Both the position numbers and the translations under genes were made by a program. A DNA stretch of 59,352 bases, the filler included. It is 4 parts of 4 records of this genome, joined end to end, with 100 filler letters (N's around TTAATTAATTAA, not from the genome) between each part and the next. Parts side by side here need not be neighbours in the genome. Positions count along the whole stretch, not along the records: positions 1 to 31,168 come from SRR20825006_973; positions 31,269 to 39,972 come from SRR20825006_979; positions 40,073 to 48,803 come from SRR20825006_987; 1 more part is not named here. The stretch is one strand, 5' to 3'. The notes under the pieces are model-generated. The model saw only the letters and a program-made list of their open reading frames with translations, was not told the DNA's origin and did not search any database. Of this stretch, positions 30,965-41,435 are shown in pieces (the first letter of the stretch is position 1; every line of letters starts with the position of its first letter).

Positions 30965-31168
30965 TTAGAGGATAGTTTGATATTTGTAATTTAACTTTGT
31001 TGCAGTTAATAGGTTTTGAAGATTCTTTGGAGGTATTCTCGCAAAGCACCTAAATTTTTTTATAATCCAGAGTGTCAATACGCCCACCAAACCAAATCGA
31101 CGTTTAGAATTATTGGCGTAAAAAGAACGCAATGGAACCGACGTCTCCGGCAGGAGCAATTATTCCAC

Positions 31169-31268
31169 NNNNNNNNNNNNNNNNNNNNNNNNNNNNNNNN
31201 NNNNNNNNNNNNTTAATTAATTAANNNNNNNNNNNNNNNNNNNNNNNNNNNNNNNNNNNNNNNNNNNN
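31169..31268. other. Artificial contig spacer
   Basis: 44 N + TTAATTAATTAA (stops in all frames) + 44 N; abrupt GC change across it. Confidence 0.98.
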
Positions 31269-31731
31269 ACTGCTTGCCGGGAATATTCAGGCCTTTTTCA
31301 ACGCGCTCTGGCATCTCATTTTGCCTGCTTCGGCGCTGGCGCTGGCAGGTATTGGACAGACAGCGCGCCTAATTCGCGCCAATATGGTTGAGACCTATGG
31401 CAAACCCTATATCGAAATGGCTGAAGCCTATGGCTTTCCAGAGCGCAAGGTCGCACGGAAGTTCGCCTTCCGTCCTTCGCTGATCCCGTCGCTGACCGTC
31501 ATCGGCCTCGACTTTGCTTCGATGCTGGGAAACGCCTTTCTGATTGAAACCGTCTTTGCCTGGCCGGGCCTGTCGCGCTACGGCGTGGCCGTCATTCTCC
31601 GCAAGGACCTGAACGGCATTATCGGCACTGTGCTGGTGATCGCCGCGATGTTCCTCATCGTCAACATCATCGTTGATTTGCTGGTCTCTTTCGTCAATCC
31701 GCGGATCCGCCTTGCGGAGGGCAAGGCATGA
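31269..31731 (+). CDS. Peptide/nickel ABC transporter permease (DppB-like), 5' truncated
   Basis: Frame is open from the contig start (LLAGNIQAFFNALWHLILPA...); IETVFAWPGL and NPRIR C-terminus. Confidence 0.9.
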
Positions 31732-32561
31732 AAAAAGCATTCGTTATCCTCACCCGCAATCCAATGTCGCTGGCTGGCCTGCTTCTGGTCGGCACAGTGA
31801 TTATTCTGGCGGTTTTCGCCGATTTTATCGCACCGTTTCCCGAGCACCGCGGTGCTGTTGTTGATTTCGTCAACTTTAACAAGCCGCCGAATGCGCGAAA
31901 CTGGTTCGGAACCGATCTTGTCGGACGCGACCTCTTTTCCCGGATCATTTACGCTTATCGCATTTCGCTGATGCTGGGCGTCGTGGTTTTGGCGATTGCC
32001 GTTCCCGTTGGCGTTTCGCTTGGTCTGATGGCCGGTTATATGGGCCGCAAGACCGAATTCATTGTTATGCGGATCACCGACATCTTTCTGTCGATTCCGC
32101 CGCTTGTTCTGGCCATGTCGGTGATGGGGCTGCTGAAGCCTACGCTGACAAACGGCATGATCGCCGTCACGGTCATGTGGTGGCCCTGGTATACACGCCT
32201 GATCTACAACATCACACGTTCTGAGCGGCAGGAAGGGTATGTGCTCGCCGCCGAGGTGCTTGGCGCCTCAAAACTGCATATCATGTTCAGGGAAATTCTG
32301 CCGAACTGCGTACCATCGATCCTCACCAAGATGACGCTTGATTTCGGCTTTGTGATCCTGATCGCGTCCTCCCTTTCCTTCCTTGGTCTGGGCGTTCAGC
32401 CGCCAACCCCCGATCTCGGCTCAATGGTTGCCGAGGGCGCGCGTTATCTGCCGGATAGCTGGTGGCTGACCGTATTCCCCGGCCTTGCGATCCTCGTCGT
32501 CGTATTCGGCTTCAACCTCATCGGCGATGCCCTGCGTGAAATTCTGGGAGTGGACGAATGA
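31728..32561 (+). CDS. Peptide/nickel ABC transporter permease (DppC-like)
   Basis: WFGTDLVGRD, YVLAAEVLGAS (EAA loop), LSFLGLGVQPPTPD motifs. Confidence 0.93.
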   Translation: MKKAFVILTRNPMSLAGLLLVGTVIILAVFADFIAPFPEHRGAVVDFVNFNKPPNARNWFGTDLVGRDLFSRIIYAYRISLMLGVVVLAIAVPVGVSLGLMAGYMGRKTEFIVMRITDIFLSIPPLVLAMSVMGLLKPTLTNGMIAVTVMWWPWYTRLIYNITRSERQEGYVLAAEVLGASKLHIMFREILPNCVPSILTKMTLDFGFVILIASSLSFLGLGVQPPTPDLGSMVAEGARYLPDSWWLTVFPGLAILVVVFGFNLIGDALREILGVDE

Positions 32562-33448
32562 CCGATCTGACACTCAAAATCGAGGACCTCAAGCTGGGCT
32601 TTAAGTCCTGGTCCGGTGTGAACCCGGTGCTGCATGGCATTTCGCTGCATATCCGCAAGGGTGAGCGTGTTGCACTCGTCGGCGAAAGCGGCTCCGGCAA
32701 GTCGGTGACGGCGCGCATCGTACTGGGCATGCTCCAGGAGCTTTCGGCCTCGCGCTTTTCCGGCAACGTTCTTTTTGAAGGTGAAGACGTTAACGCGATG
32801 CGTGCCAAACGTCACCGTGCGCTCAGAGGCACACGCGTTTCGATGATCTTTCAGGATCCGACATCGTCGCTCAATCCGGTTTATACCATCGGGCGGCAGT
32901 TCTTCGAGGTTCTGCGCCGCGCTGATCCGGCCATCAGCGAAAAGGATGCCCGGCAAAAGGCCGCCTCAGCACTTGATGATGTGGCAATCCACGAGCCGGA
33001 GCGTGTCATCGACAGCTATGCATTTCAGCTTTCCGGCGGCATGAACCAGCGCGTGATGATCGCCATGGCTCTTGTTAACAATCCGGCGCTGCTTCTGGCC
33101 GATGAACCGGGCACAGCACTGGACGTGACGGTTCAGGCGCAGACACTGAAACTGATGTCCGGCCTTGTTGAAAAGCACGAAACGGCCGTTCTGTTTATCT
33201 CGCACAACCTCGGCGTTGTGCGTGAGTTCGCAGACCGTGTTTACGTGATTTACAAAGGCAATATCGTTGAACAGGGGCCAACCGACGCCCTGTTTGCCGA
33301 TCCGCGCCACCCCTACACCAAAGCCCTTCTTTCTGCCGTGCCGCGCATTTCCGGCGGTGGCATTCCAGATATCGCGGAAGATATGGACGGGTTTCACGAT
33401 CCGCTGATCGCGCATGAAGGCTACAGCGAAAGGGAGCTGCTGAAATGA
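32558..33448 (+). CDS. ABC transporter ATP-binding protein (DppD-like)
   Basis: [22 protein letters not shown] and HPYT motifs. Confidence 0.93.
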   Translation: MTDLTLKIEDLKLGFKSWSGVNPVLHGISLHIRKGERVALVGESGSGKSVTARIVLGMLQELSASRFSGNVLFEGEDVNAMRAKRHRALRGTRVSMIFQDPTSSLNPVYTIGRQFFEVLRRADPAISEKDARQKAASALDDVAIHEPERVIDSYAFQLSGGMNQRVMIAMALVNNPALLLADEPGTALDVTVQAQTLKLMSGLVEKHETAVLFISHNLGVVREFADRVYVIYKGNIVEQGPTDALFADPRHPYTKALLSAVPRISGGGIPDIAEDMDGFHDPLIAHEGYSERELLK

Positions 33449-34254
33449 AAATGCTTTCCCTCTGCAACGTCTCGAAAGAGTTCTCGGTCAACGGGCGCAC
33501 GGTCAAGGCGCTTGATCGCATCAGCTTCGATGTTGCCAAGGGCGAATGCCTTGCAGTCGTCGGTGAATCCGGTTCAGGCAAAAGTACAATCGCCAATATC
33601 ATTCTCGGCATTCACGATGCCACTGATGGCGGCGTCTTGTTTAAAGAACGCGAACTCCCGGACAAAAGAAGCCGGGAACTGCGCCGCACAATTCAGCTCG
33701 TTCAGCAAAACCCGCTTTCCGCACTGAACCCGCGCCGCTCAATCGGCGCCTCACTACGCCTGCCGCTCGATATTCACGATATCGGACCGCGTTCAGGCCG
33801 AAAGGCACGCGTCGCTGAACTGCTGGAAGAAGTCGGGCTTCCGGCAGAATTTGCCCGTCGCTCACCCGCCAGCCTTTCCGGTGGCCAGCGTCAGCGCGTG
33901 GCAATCGCCCGCGCACTTGCCTGCAAGCCCGAGCTTCTGGTGCTCGATGAGCCGACGTCAGCACTTGATGTGCTGGTACAGGCACGCGTGCTGAAGCTTT
34001 TGCAGCGACTGCGGGAGACGCACGGCCTCACCTACGTATTCATTACCCACGATCTGGCGGTTGCCCGCAATATTGCTGATCGCATGGCGGTCTTCGAGAA
34101 GGGTAAACTGATCGAGATCGACAGCACCGAGGCAATTTTTGCCAACGCCACACATGATTATACCCGCCGCCTGATTTCGGCTGTTCCGGTGGTCGGCGCG
34201 GATGAAATGGCGCTTCGACAGCGCATTACGGAGAGTATCGATGCAAAATCCTGA
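33445..34254 (+). CDS. ABC transporter ATP-binding protein (DppF-like)
   Basis: [16 protein letters not shown] and VLDEPTSALD motifs. Confidence 0.93.
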   Translation: MKMLSLCNVSKEFSVNGRTVKALDRISFDVAKGECLAVVGESGSGKSTIANIILGIHDATDGGVLFKERELPDKRSRELRRTIQLVQQNPLSALNPRRSIGASLRLPLDIHDIGPRSGRKARVAELLEEVGLPAEFARRSPASLSGGQRQRVAIARALACKPELLVLDEPTSALDVLVQARVLKLLQRLRETHGLTYVFITHDLAVARNIADRMAVFEKGKLIEIDSTEAIFANATHDYTRRLISAVPVVGADEMALRQRITESIDAKS

Positions 34255-34744
34255 TTACAGTGCCTTCACATGTGCCGTGGCTGAAGCGGGCACACAGCCT
34301 GAAACGGCCTGCGCAGCGCTGGAAAAGCTGACCAAGGAACTGGTTGGCGTGAAGCTTTTCACGCTGATGACGGCGGACACCGAAGCAAAGGAATCCGAGC
34401 GTATTTATACCAATATGCCAGACGCCTACCCGGCTTCAGGCACCAAGCCTTATAATGAGACAGAATGGTCTGAGATCACGCTGAAGCGCAAGCAAACCTT
34501 CGTCGCCAACTCAATCGAAGATATTGCGAAGGTCTTTGACGATTTCGAGCTGATCAATTCACTCGGCTGCCAGTCGGTCATCAATATTCCTGTCACGGTC
34601 GGCGACCGTGTCATCGGCACCATCAATTGCCTGCATGAGGCGGATTACTACACAGAAGAACGCATTAAGGCTGCCGAAGCGCTGAAACTTCCCGGCGCTG
34701 TCTGCATGCTGATGTTTGAAAAAGCCAAGAGGAACCGGGCATGA
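34241..34744 (+). CDS. Stand-alone GAF domain protein
   Basis: ATG at 34241 with GGAGAG RBS; SLGCQSVINIPV...VIGTINCLH GAF pattern; no output domain. Confidence 0.75.
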   Translation: MQNPDYSAFTCAVAEAGTQPETACAALEKLTKELVGVKLFTLMTADTEAKESERIYTNMPDAYPASGTKPYNETEWSEITLKRKQTFVANSIEDIAKVFDDFELINSLGCQSVINIPVTVGDRVIGTINCLHEADYYTEERIKAAEALKLPGAVCMLMFEKAKRNRA

Positions 34745-36813
34745 GCGAGAAAACCATCCGCGTCGCCACCGATGTCGGCGGCACCTTTACCGATCTCGTC
34801 TGCTTTAAGACCGATCTTAAGACCGGCGAACAGACCATTACGACGGCAAAATCCGACACCACGCCGCCGGACTTTGAACAGGGTGTGCTGAACGTTCTGA
34901 AAAAGGGTGGCGTTGACCCGAAAACCGTTGATTTTCTGGCGCACGGCACCACCGTGGTTATCAATGCGCTGACCGAACGCAAAGGCGTGAAGGTCGGCCT
35001 TATAACCACTGAAGGCTTCCGCGATACGCTGGAAATTGCCCGCGGCAACCGCCCGGACTTTTTCAACCTTCATTACCGCAAGCCAGCACCTTTCGTGCCG
35101 CGGCACCTGCGCCGCGAAGTCGCTGGCCGTATGGACTATCATGGCCACGAGGTTAAGGCGCTGGATCTATCCAGCCTGCCGGAGATCCTCGAAGGGTTCA
35201 GGGCGGAGGGTGTCGAGGCTGTCGCCATTTCCTTCCTGCATGCCTATGCCAACCCGGCGCACGAACAGGCAGCCATGGCAGAAGTAAAAAAACTATGGCC
35301 GGAAGCAGCTGTCGTTTCATCGCATCAGATCACCCGCGAATGGCGCGAATATGAGCGCACCAACACGGCGGTGCTTTCCGCCTATGTACAGCCCGCAGCC
35401 GAGCGTTACCTGCACCGCCTGTCCGGTGGCCTGACTGAACAAGGTTTCGATGGTCGCCTTTACATCATGCAGTCAAACTGCGGCGTCGATACGCTGGATG
35501 CGGTTTCACAAGTGCCGATCACCATGGTCGAATCCGGCCCGGCATCCGGTTTCTGGGGCGCAGCAGAGCTTGGACGTCTGATCGGTGAAGACAATGTTCT
35601 GGCTCTCGATATCGGTGGAACGACCGCCAAATGCGCCCTGATTGAAAACGGCGACGTCAAGATCATGACGGACTACTGGATCGAGCGCGACCAGTCCTCG
35701 GCCGGCTATCCGATCATGGTTCCGGTGGTTGATCTGGTCGAGATCGGCAATGGCGGCGGTTCGATTGCATGGGTTGATGACTTCGCCAAGCTGCATGTCG
35801 GTCCGCAGTCAGCCGGTGCAAAGCCCGGCCCTGCAGCCTATGGCCGTGGCGGCACGGAAGCGACAACAACAGACGCCAATCTCTGGCTTGGCCGGATCAA
35901 CCGCGACTATTTCTGCGGTGGCTCTGTTGAAGCGGACATGGACGCCGTCGAAAAGGCACTTGAGACCGTCGGTAAACGTCTCGGTGTCGACAAGGACGAG
36001 GCCGCGCGCGGCATCATCCGCATTGCCAATAATAACATGGTCAATGCCCTGAAACTCGTCTCGCTCAACCGCGGGCATGACCCGCGTGACTTCACGCTTG
36101 TTGCCTTTGGCGGCGGCGGTGCGATGCACGCCGCAGCACTTGGTGCAGAACTGGGCGCGAAGAAGGTCGTAGTCCCGGCAGGTGCTTCCGTCTTTTCGGC
36201 ATGGGGCATGATGATGTCTGATTTGCGCCGTGACTACTTCGTAACCCAGCTTGTCGATGTTGCCGACAACGCAGCTGACAATATCAACAGCCTGTTTTCA
36301 GCGACGGAAAAGCGTGCGCTTGAACAGTTTGCCGCTGAAAAGATTGATGCCTCCAAGGTGAAATTTCAGCGTCTCGGAAAATTCCGCTACCAGAATCAGG
36401 AGCATACAACCGAGGTTCTGATCGACGGAGACGTCACCGCAGAAGGGATCGCAAAGATCACTGAAGATTTTCACGCGGCTTATGAGCAGGAATATACCTA
36501 CCGCCTTGATGCACCGGTCGAAATGGTCGGTATCCACCTTGTTGCAGCTGCCGAAGTCGGCAAGCTGACGATGAAGGAAAAGCCGGAGACGAAGACACCG
36601 GCATCGGCAGCACTTAAAGGCCGCCGCATGGTCGATTATGCACTGGAAGGCGTTCATGAAGCCGACATCTATGATGGCGAGAAGCTGGAGCCGGGCATGA
36701 CCTTTGGCGGCCCTGCGGTGATCGAAGATCCCGGCACGACCATTGTCATTCATCCGGAAAACGCTGTCCGGATTGATGGTTTCGGCAATATTCACATCAC
36801 GCTAACCGCATAA
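34741..36813 (+). CDS. Hydantoinase/oxoprolinase family subunit A (ATP-binding)
   Basis: DVGGTFTD, HGTTVVINAL, ESGPASG, DIGGTT, GNGGGS and SAGAKPGPAAYG motifs. Confidence 0.93.
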   Translation: MSEKTIRVATDVGGTFTDLVCFKTDLKTGEQTITTAKSDTTPPDFEQGVLNVLKKGGVDPKTVDFLAHGTTVVINALTERKGVKVGLITTEGFRDTLEIARGNRPDFFNLHYRKPAPFVPRHLRREVAGRMDYHGHEVKALDLSSLPEILEGFRAEGVEAVAISFLHAYANPAHEQAAMAEVKKLWPEAAVVSSHQITREWREYERTNTAVLSAYVQPAAERYLHRLSGGLTEQGFDGRLYIMQSNCGVDTLDAVSQVPITMVESGPASGFWGAAELGRLIGEDNVLALDIGGTTAKCALIENGDVKIMTDYWIERDQSSAGYPIMVPVVDLVEIGNGGGSIAWVDDFAKLHVGPQSAGAKPGPAAYGRGGTEATTTDANLWLGRINRDYFCGGSVEADMDAVEKALETVGKRLGVDKDEAARGIIRIANNNMVNALKLVSLNRGHDPRDFTLVAFGGGGAMHAAALGAELGAKKVVVPAGASVFSAWGMMMSDLRRDYFVTQLVDVADNAADNINSLFSATEKRALEQFAAEKIDASKVKFQRLGKFRYQNQEHTTEVLIDGDVTAEGIAKITEDFHAAYEQEYTYRLDAPVEMVGIHLVAAAEVGKLTMKEKPETKTPASAALKGRRMVDYALEGVHEADIYDGEKLEPGMTFGGPAVIEDPGTTIVIHPENAVRIDGFGNIHITLTA

Positions 36814-36825
36814 GGAGAGGCGACG

Positions 36826-38493
36826 ATGACTGCAATCAAAGACCCGATCACGCTGGAAATCATCCAGAACTCGCTTCAGGCCACCGCTGATGAAATGTTT
36901 GCGGCGATGCGCAAAACGGCGATGAGCTCGATCATCTATGAAGTGCTCGACATGGGCACCGGCGTTCTGGATGCCAAAGGCCAGTTGGCAAGCTCCGGCG
37001 CAGGCATTCCCGGCTTCGTCGGCGTTCTCGACAAGTCGGTCAAGGTTCTGGCAGAGAAGTTCTCCAAGCCGGGGGATATTGAACCCGGTGACGTTTTCAT
37101 CACCAATGACCCTTATTATGGCGGCGTAACGCACCTCAACGACCTGATCGTCGCCATGCCGGTTTTTGTCGATGGAACGCTGATCGCGTGGACGGCCAAC
37201 ATTGCCCATAACTCCGATATCGGGGGGATGGCTCCCGGCTCCATGTCGGCGGAAGCCCGCGAGATCTTTCAGGAGGGCTTACGCCTTCCCGCCATCAAGC
37301 TGATCTCGAAGGGACAGCCGATCAAGCCGTTGTTTGAGGTGATCACAGTCAATTCGCGTATGCCCGATTTCCTCGAGGGCGACCTGTGGGCAGCCATCGC
37401 TTCAGTGCGTATCGGGGCAAAGCGGCTCTCGGAACTTGCCGGAAAATACGGAGTTGAGACCTTCCAGACAGCCGTGGAAAATTTCATCACGGTTGGCGAA
37501 CAAAAGTCCCGCGCTGAAATCGCCGAACTGCCAAACGGTACGTTTGAACTCACCGAAGAGCAGGATGATGGCAGCTTCTTCAACGTCAAGCTGACAATTA
37601 CCGAAGATGAGTTCATTGTCGATCTGAGAGACAACCCCGAGCAAGGCGATGGTCCTTTCAACGCCAGCTTCGATGACGCGCTGGTTTCCACGCAGGTGGC
37701 CTTCAAGGCGCTAACGGATTCTGCACTTTCTGCCAATGAAGGCACGTTCCGCCCGGTGAAACTTTTGACCCGCGAAGGCACGGTTTTTCATGCAAAAGAA
37801 CCGGCTGCCGTTGGCTTTTACTATGAAGTCGGCATCCGCGTTTATGATCTGATCTGCCGCTGCCTCGCACCGCACATGGACGGGCGGATACCGGCTGGCC
37901 ACTTTGCCTCAATTGCAGGCACGTTTATCGGCGGCATTCACCCGGATACCGGACGTCAGTATACGATCATCGAACCACAGATCGGCGGCTGGGGTGCTGA
38001 GAAGGGTTATGACGGCAACAGTGCCATCTTCTCTGCTGTTCATGGGGAAACCTTCAACTGCCCGGCCGAAATCTCCGAAGCGAGAAATGGGCTTATCATC
38101 GACCGGATGGAGCTTAATCTGGAAGAAGGTGGCGAAGGCCAGTGGACCGGTGGGCGCGGCATCAAGCTCGACTACCGTATCCGCCGCGACGATTCCTTCC
38201 TCACCATTGGCTATACCCGTTCAAAGGTGAAGCCTTGGGCGTTGGACGGCGGCAATGAAGGCTCCAACAATTACGCACTCGTACGCCGCAAGGATGGTAC
38301 TGAAGAGCGTTATGCTTTCATTTCCGGCCTGCGCGTCGACCAGGATGATGTGATCCGCATTATCACCGGCGCGGGCGGCGGCTATGGCGACCCGAAGAAG
38401 CGCGACCCGGAAAAAGTACGCGAGGACATCAGGAACGGTCTGATCTCACCGGCTCGGGCTGAAGAAACGTACGACCTGTCAATGGAGAGCTGA
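36826..38493 (+). CDS. Hydantoinase B/oxoprolinase family subunit
   Basis: DPITLEII, NDPYYGGVTHLND, HNSDIGG, EIFQEG and TGAGGGYGDP motifs. Confidence 0.93.
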   Translation: MTAIKDPITLEIIQNSLQATADEMFAAMRKTAMSSIIYEVLDMGTGVLDAKGQLASSGAGIPGFVGVLDKSVKVLAEKFSKPGDIEPGDVFITNDPYYGGVTHLNDLIVAMPVFVDGTLIAWTANIAHNSDIGGMAPGSMSAEAREIFQEGLRLPAIKLISKGQPIKPLFEVITVNSRMPDFLEGDLWAAIASVRIGAKRLSELAGKYGVETFQTAVENFITVGEQKSRAEIAELPNGTFELTEEQDDGSFFNVKLTITEDEFIVDLRDNPEQGDGPFNASFDDALVSTQVAFKALTDSALSANEGTFRPVKLLTREGTVFHAKEPAAVGFYYEVGIRVYDLICRCLAPHMDGRIPAGHFASIAGTFIGGIHPDTGRQYTIIEPQIGGWGAEKGYDGNSAIFSAVHGETFNCPAEISEARNGLIIDRMELNLEEGGEGQWTGGRGIKLDYRIRRDDSFLTIGYTRSKVKPWALDGGNEGSNNYALVRRKDGTEERYAFISGLRVDQDDVIRIITGAGGGYGDPKKRDPEKVREDIRNGLISPARAEETYDLSMES

Positions 38494-38497
38494 ACCG

Positions 38498-39307
38498 ATG
38501 CGTGCACCACTGAGAATTATGTATCTCAATCCGGTCGCCGACAATCCGACCATCGACCCGCTGTTTGCCGATATGGCACGCGACTATAAGCTGGCCGAAA
38601 GCGAAGTGCATGTGGCTACGCTGGACAGCACCGTCTACGGCTTTTCGCATATAGAATACCGCAGTTATGAAGCGATGGCGACGCGCGGCATCATGCTGGC
38701 CACGCGTCAGGCCGCCCGCGAAGGTTTTGATGCCCTTGTCATCGGCTGTTTTTACGACACCGCGCTTCACGACGCGCGCGAGATTTCCGGTGATATGATC
38801 GTAACTGGACCATGTGTGGCCGCTACCGAAATCGCCGCCAATCTTGCCAATCGTTTCGGGATCATCGTCGGGCGGCGTAAATGGGTGCCGCAAATGCAGG
38901 CCAATGTCATAGATTGCGGTCACGGCGAACGACTTGTCGGTTTTTTCGATGTTGGGCTCGGCGTTGATGATTTCCAGAAGGACCACGATGAAACCGCCCG
39001 CCGACTGACGGACGCCGGTCGCAAGGCTGTCGAGGAAGCCCATGCCGAAGCGCTGGTTCTCGGATGCACCATGGAGATCGGGTATCATACCGTGTTGGAG
39101 AGAAAGCTCGGTGTTCCGGTCATCGATGCTGCTATTGCCGCGCTCAAAAGGGCTGAGTATGGCGCGCTTTTGAAGCGGCAATGCGGTTGGCAACCAAGCC
39201 GAAAATGGTCGATGGAACCACCGCCGGAAGCCGAAATCACACGCTTCAGTGCCTTTCCTGAAGATGAAAGGCTTTTCGGTAGCCGGATCGTCGTCCCCGC
39301 TGGCTGA
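38498..39307 (+). CDS. Asp/Glu/hydantoin racemase family protein
   Basis: YLNP N-terminus; two catalytic Cys motifs, IGCFYD and LGCTME; GVPVIDA. Confidence 0.87.
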   Translation: MRAPLRIMYLNPVADNPTIDPLFADMARDYKLAESEVHVATLDSTVYGFSHIEYRSYEAMATRGIMLATRQAAREGFDALVIGCFYDTALHDAREISGDMIVTGPCVAATEIAANLANRFGIIVGRRKWVPQMQANVIDCGHGERLVGFFDVGLGVDDFQKDHDETARRLTDAGRKAVEEAHAEALVLGCTMEIGYHTVLERKLGVPVIDAAIAALKRAEYGALLKRQCGWQPSRKWSMEPPPEAEITRFSAFPEDERLFGSRIVVPAG

Positions 39308-39589
39308 AAAGGCAGACCGGATGACGGCGGAGTGGCCGCGTTCGTTTTTGCTTGGTGCAGGGTGGATGTTTCCCGGTGTAGTTGCATGACGTCTTGCATA
39401 AAATGCCAGGATTCCTGTTGTGATCAGGCGCATTCTGGCGGCCCTTCCGGTGTGCCATGTCAAAGGCACGCGACAGTGACCTTCGGAGCGGCTTCGAACT
39501 GGTCCGCGACGTGCTTACATGGCCGCTGTAGAGACTGTCCAAGTTTTCGTCCGCACCCCCACCCCATCAGTTCTGAACGCTCATTGACA

Positions 39590-39898
39590 CCGAGATCGTG
39601 CTGCTGTCGTCCGACGGCCTCGGCACCGTCGAAATCATGCGCCGGACCGGCAAGTCGAAGACCTGCGTGTGGCGCTGGCAGGAGCGCTTTGCCTTGGAAG
39701 GTGTCGACGGGCTGCTGCGCGACAAGACGCGGCCGTCGCGCATTCCGCCACTTGGACCCGAGGTCGCCGACCGCGTGGTGGCGTTGACGTTTGCCGATCC
39801 TCCGGGCGAAACCACCCACTGGGCCGCCGACATGATGGCGAAAGCTGCCGATATCAGCGCCAGCGCCGTCAGGCGCATCTGGAAGGAGCATGGCCTAG
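39590..39898 (+). mobile_element. IS630-family transposase fragment (N-terminal HTH region), truncated at both ends
   Basis: EIVLLSSDGLGTVEIMRRTGKSKTCVWRWQERF...GLLRDKTRPSR...THW...SAVRRIWKEHGLA; no start codon and no DDE domain. Confidence 0.82.
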
Positions 39899-39972
39899 CA
39901 TTACAGTTGCATTTTTGCTTTGAAGTGTGCAAGCTGAGCGGTGGCCTGATGTGCTCGTCGCCAGATCGACCA
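39899..39972 (-). mobile_element. IS701-family element right end with transposase C-terminus (runs off contig end)
   Basis: Minus strand WSIWRRAHQATAQLAHFKAKMQL-stop (39972-39901), ending CTGTAATG directly beside a CTAG target (39895-98). Not in the ORF track. Confidence 0.72.
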
Positions 39973-40072
39973 NNNNNNNNNNNNNNNNNNNNNNNNNNNN
40001 NNNNNNNNNNNNNNNNTTAATTAATTAANNNNNNNNNNNNNNNNNNNNNNNNNNNNNNNNNNNNNNNNNNNN
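39973..40072. other. Artificial contig spacer
   Basis: 44 N + TTAATTAATTAA + 44 N. Confidence 0.98.
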
Positions 40073-40268
40073 AACATTAGAAGATTCTGGAACTGTTACC
40101 TCTGTTTTAGTTCCTTGGAACACTTGTGGTGCCTACCAAAGTGGCGTACTTGGAGTAGATACTACTGCCTACATTGGCTATGCTTTCTTTAATTATTTGA
40201 GTCCGTTTGTAACATTACTGTATGCTGCTTTAAATATTAAAATAAAACAGCTTTCAGAAAAAAAATAA
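40073..40268 (+). CDS. nhaC: Na+/H+ antiporter NhaC, C-terminal fragment
   Basis: Manual translation TLEDSGTVTSVLVPWNTCGAYQSGVLGV...YAFFNYLSP...stop at 40266-68. Not in the ORF track. Confidence 0.85.
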
Positions 40269-40473
40269 TATCATAATTTTTCAAGCACTCTATTGAGCAT
40301 TCCTTAATTAAAGAGGTCAAAAATTACATCATCAATAAAAATAATACCTATTCCGCACTAGTATAAGTAAACTCTATTTTTTAATAAGTTAATATAATTC
40401 AAAAAATATGGTTTCCTCTCTATTACTTTTTAAATTTGCATTGAAAGTTTAACACAAATAAAAAGTAATAAAT

Positions 40474-41112
40474 ATGGCATTAGTAGGTAAAAAATTTCCA
40501 AACATAGCAGTAGATGCTATGAACGAAATGGGAGACACTTTTAAATTGAATGTTTTAGAAGAAGCAATCAAAAACAAGAAAAAAGTAATCCTTTTTTGGT
40601 ATCCAAAGGATTTTACATTTGTTTGCCCTACAGAATTACATGCATTCCAATCAGCTTTAGGAGAATTTGAAAAAAGAAACACCCTTGTAATTGGTGCTTC
40701 TTGTGATACTCCTGAAGTACACTTTGCATGGTTAAATACAGCAAAAGACAACGGAGGAATTGAAGGAGTTACTTACCCTCTATTAGCAGATAGCAACAGA
40801 AACTTAGCAAATATGTTACGTATTTTAGATTTATCTTCTGAAACGTATAACGAAGAAACAGATTCTTATGTTTACGAAGGAGATAATGTAACTTTTAGAG
40901 CTACTTTCTTAATCGACGAAGATGGTAAAGTATTCCACGAAAGTGTAAACGATATGCCTGTAGGAAGAAATGTAAACGAATATTTACGTTTAATAGACGC
41001 ATATGCGCACGTTCAAAAAAACGGAGAAGTTTGTCCTGCAAACTGGGAAGAAGGTAAAGAGGCTATGAACGCCGACAGAAAAGGGGTTGCAGCTTACTTA
41101 AGTTCAAACTAA
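40474..41112 (+). CDS. ahpC: 2-Cys peroxiredoxin (AhpC/Prx1)
   Basis: PKDFTFVCPTE and GEVCPANW motifs; Bacteroidota -7 box TAAATTTG at 40431. Confidence 0.93.
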   Translation: MALVGKKFPNIAVDAMNEMGDTFKLNVLEEAIKNKKKVILFWYPKDFTFVCPTELHAFQSALGEFEKRNTLVIGASCDTPEVHFAWLNTAKDNGGIEGVTYPLLADSNRNLANMLRILDLSSETYNEETDSYVYEGDNVTFRATFLIDEDGKVFHESVNDMPVGRNVNEYLRLIDAYAHVQKNGEVCPANWEEGKEAMNADRKGVAAYLSSN

Positions 41113-41120
41113 AGAATACG

Positions 41121-41435
41121 ATGTTAGTAGAATTAGAAAAAGATAATTTAGCTGATTTAGTTGCAGAAAACGATACCGTACTTGTACAGTATTCTGCTGG
41201 ATGGTGCGGCAATTGCCGAATCATGAAACCTAAATTCAAGAAGTTTTCTCAAGAAGCAGCAAATGCAACTTTTGTTATTGTTGATGCTGAAAAATTTCCT
41301 GAATCTAGAAAATTAGCAAGTGTAGACAACTTACCTACCTTTGCTGCTTTCAAGGGTGGAAAAGTGAGCAACCAAATTCAGACAAATAAAACAGACGTCT
41401 TAAAAGATTTTATTGATGAAGCTACCAGTAATTAA
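41121..41435 (+). CDS. Thioredoxin family protein
   Basis: WCGNC active site; NLPTF cis-Pro motif. Confidence 0.9.
   Translation: MLVELEKDNLADLVAENDTVLVQYSAGWCGNCRIMKPKFKKFSQEAANATFVIVDAEKFPESRKLASVDNLPTFAAFKGGKVSNQIQTNKTDVLKDFIDEATSN

Noticed and set aside
30965..31168. Short ORFs at the end of contig 1
   Set aside because: Ambiguous. It could be a plus-strand gene start (MEPTSPAGAIIP from 31132) or a minus-strand gene end, and it is too short to call.
31213..31224. TTAATTAATTAA palindrome, repeated at 40017 and 48848
   Set aside because: Artificial linker inside the N spacers; not biological.
39383..39398. Near-palindrome TGCATGACGTCTTGCA downstream of the racemase
   Set aside because: Could be an orphaned operator, but no regulated gene remains beside it and there is no second copy.
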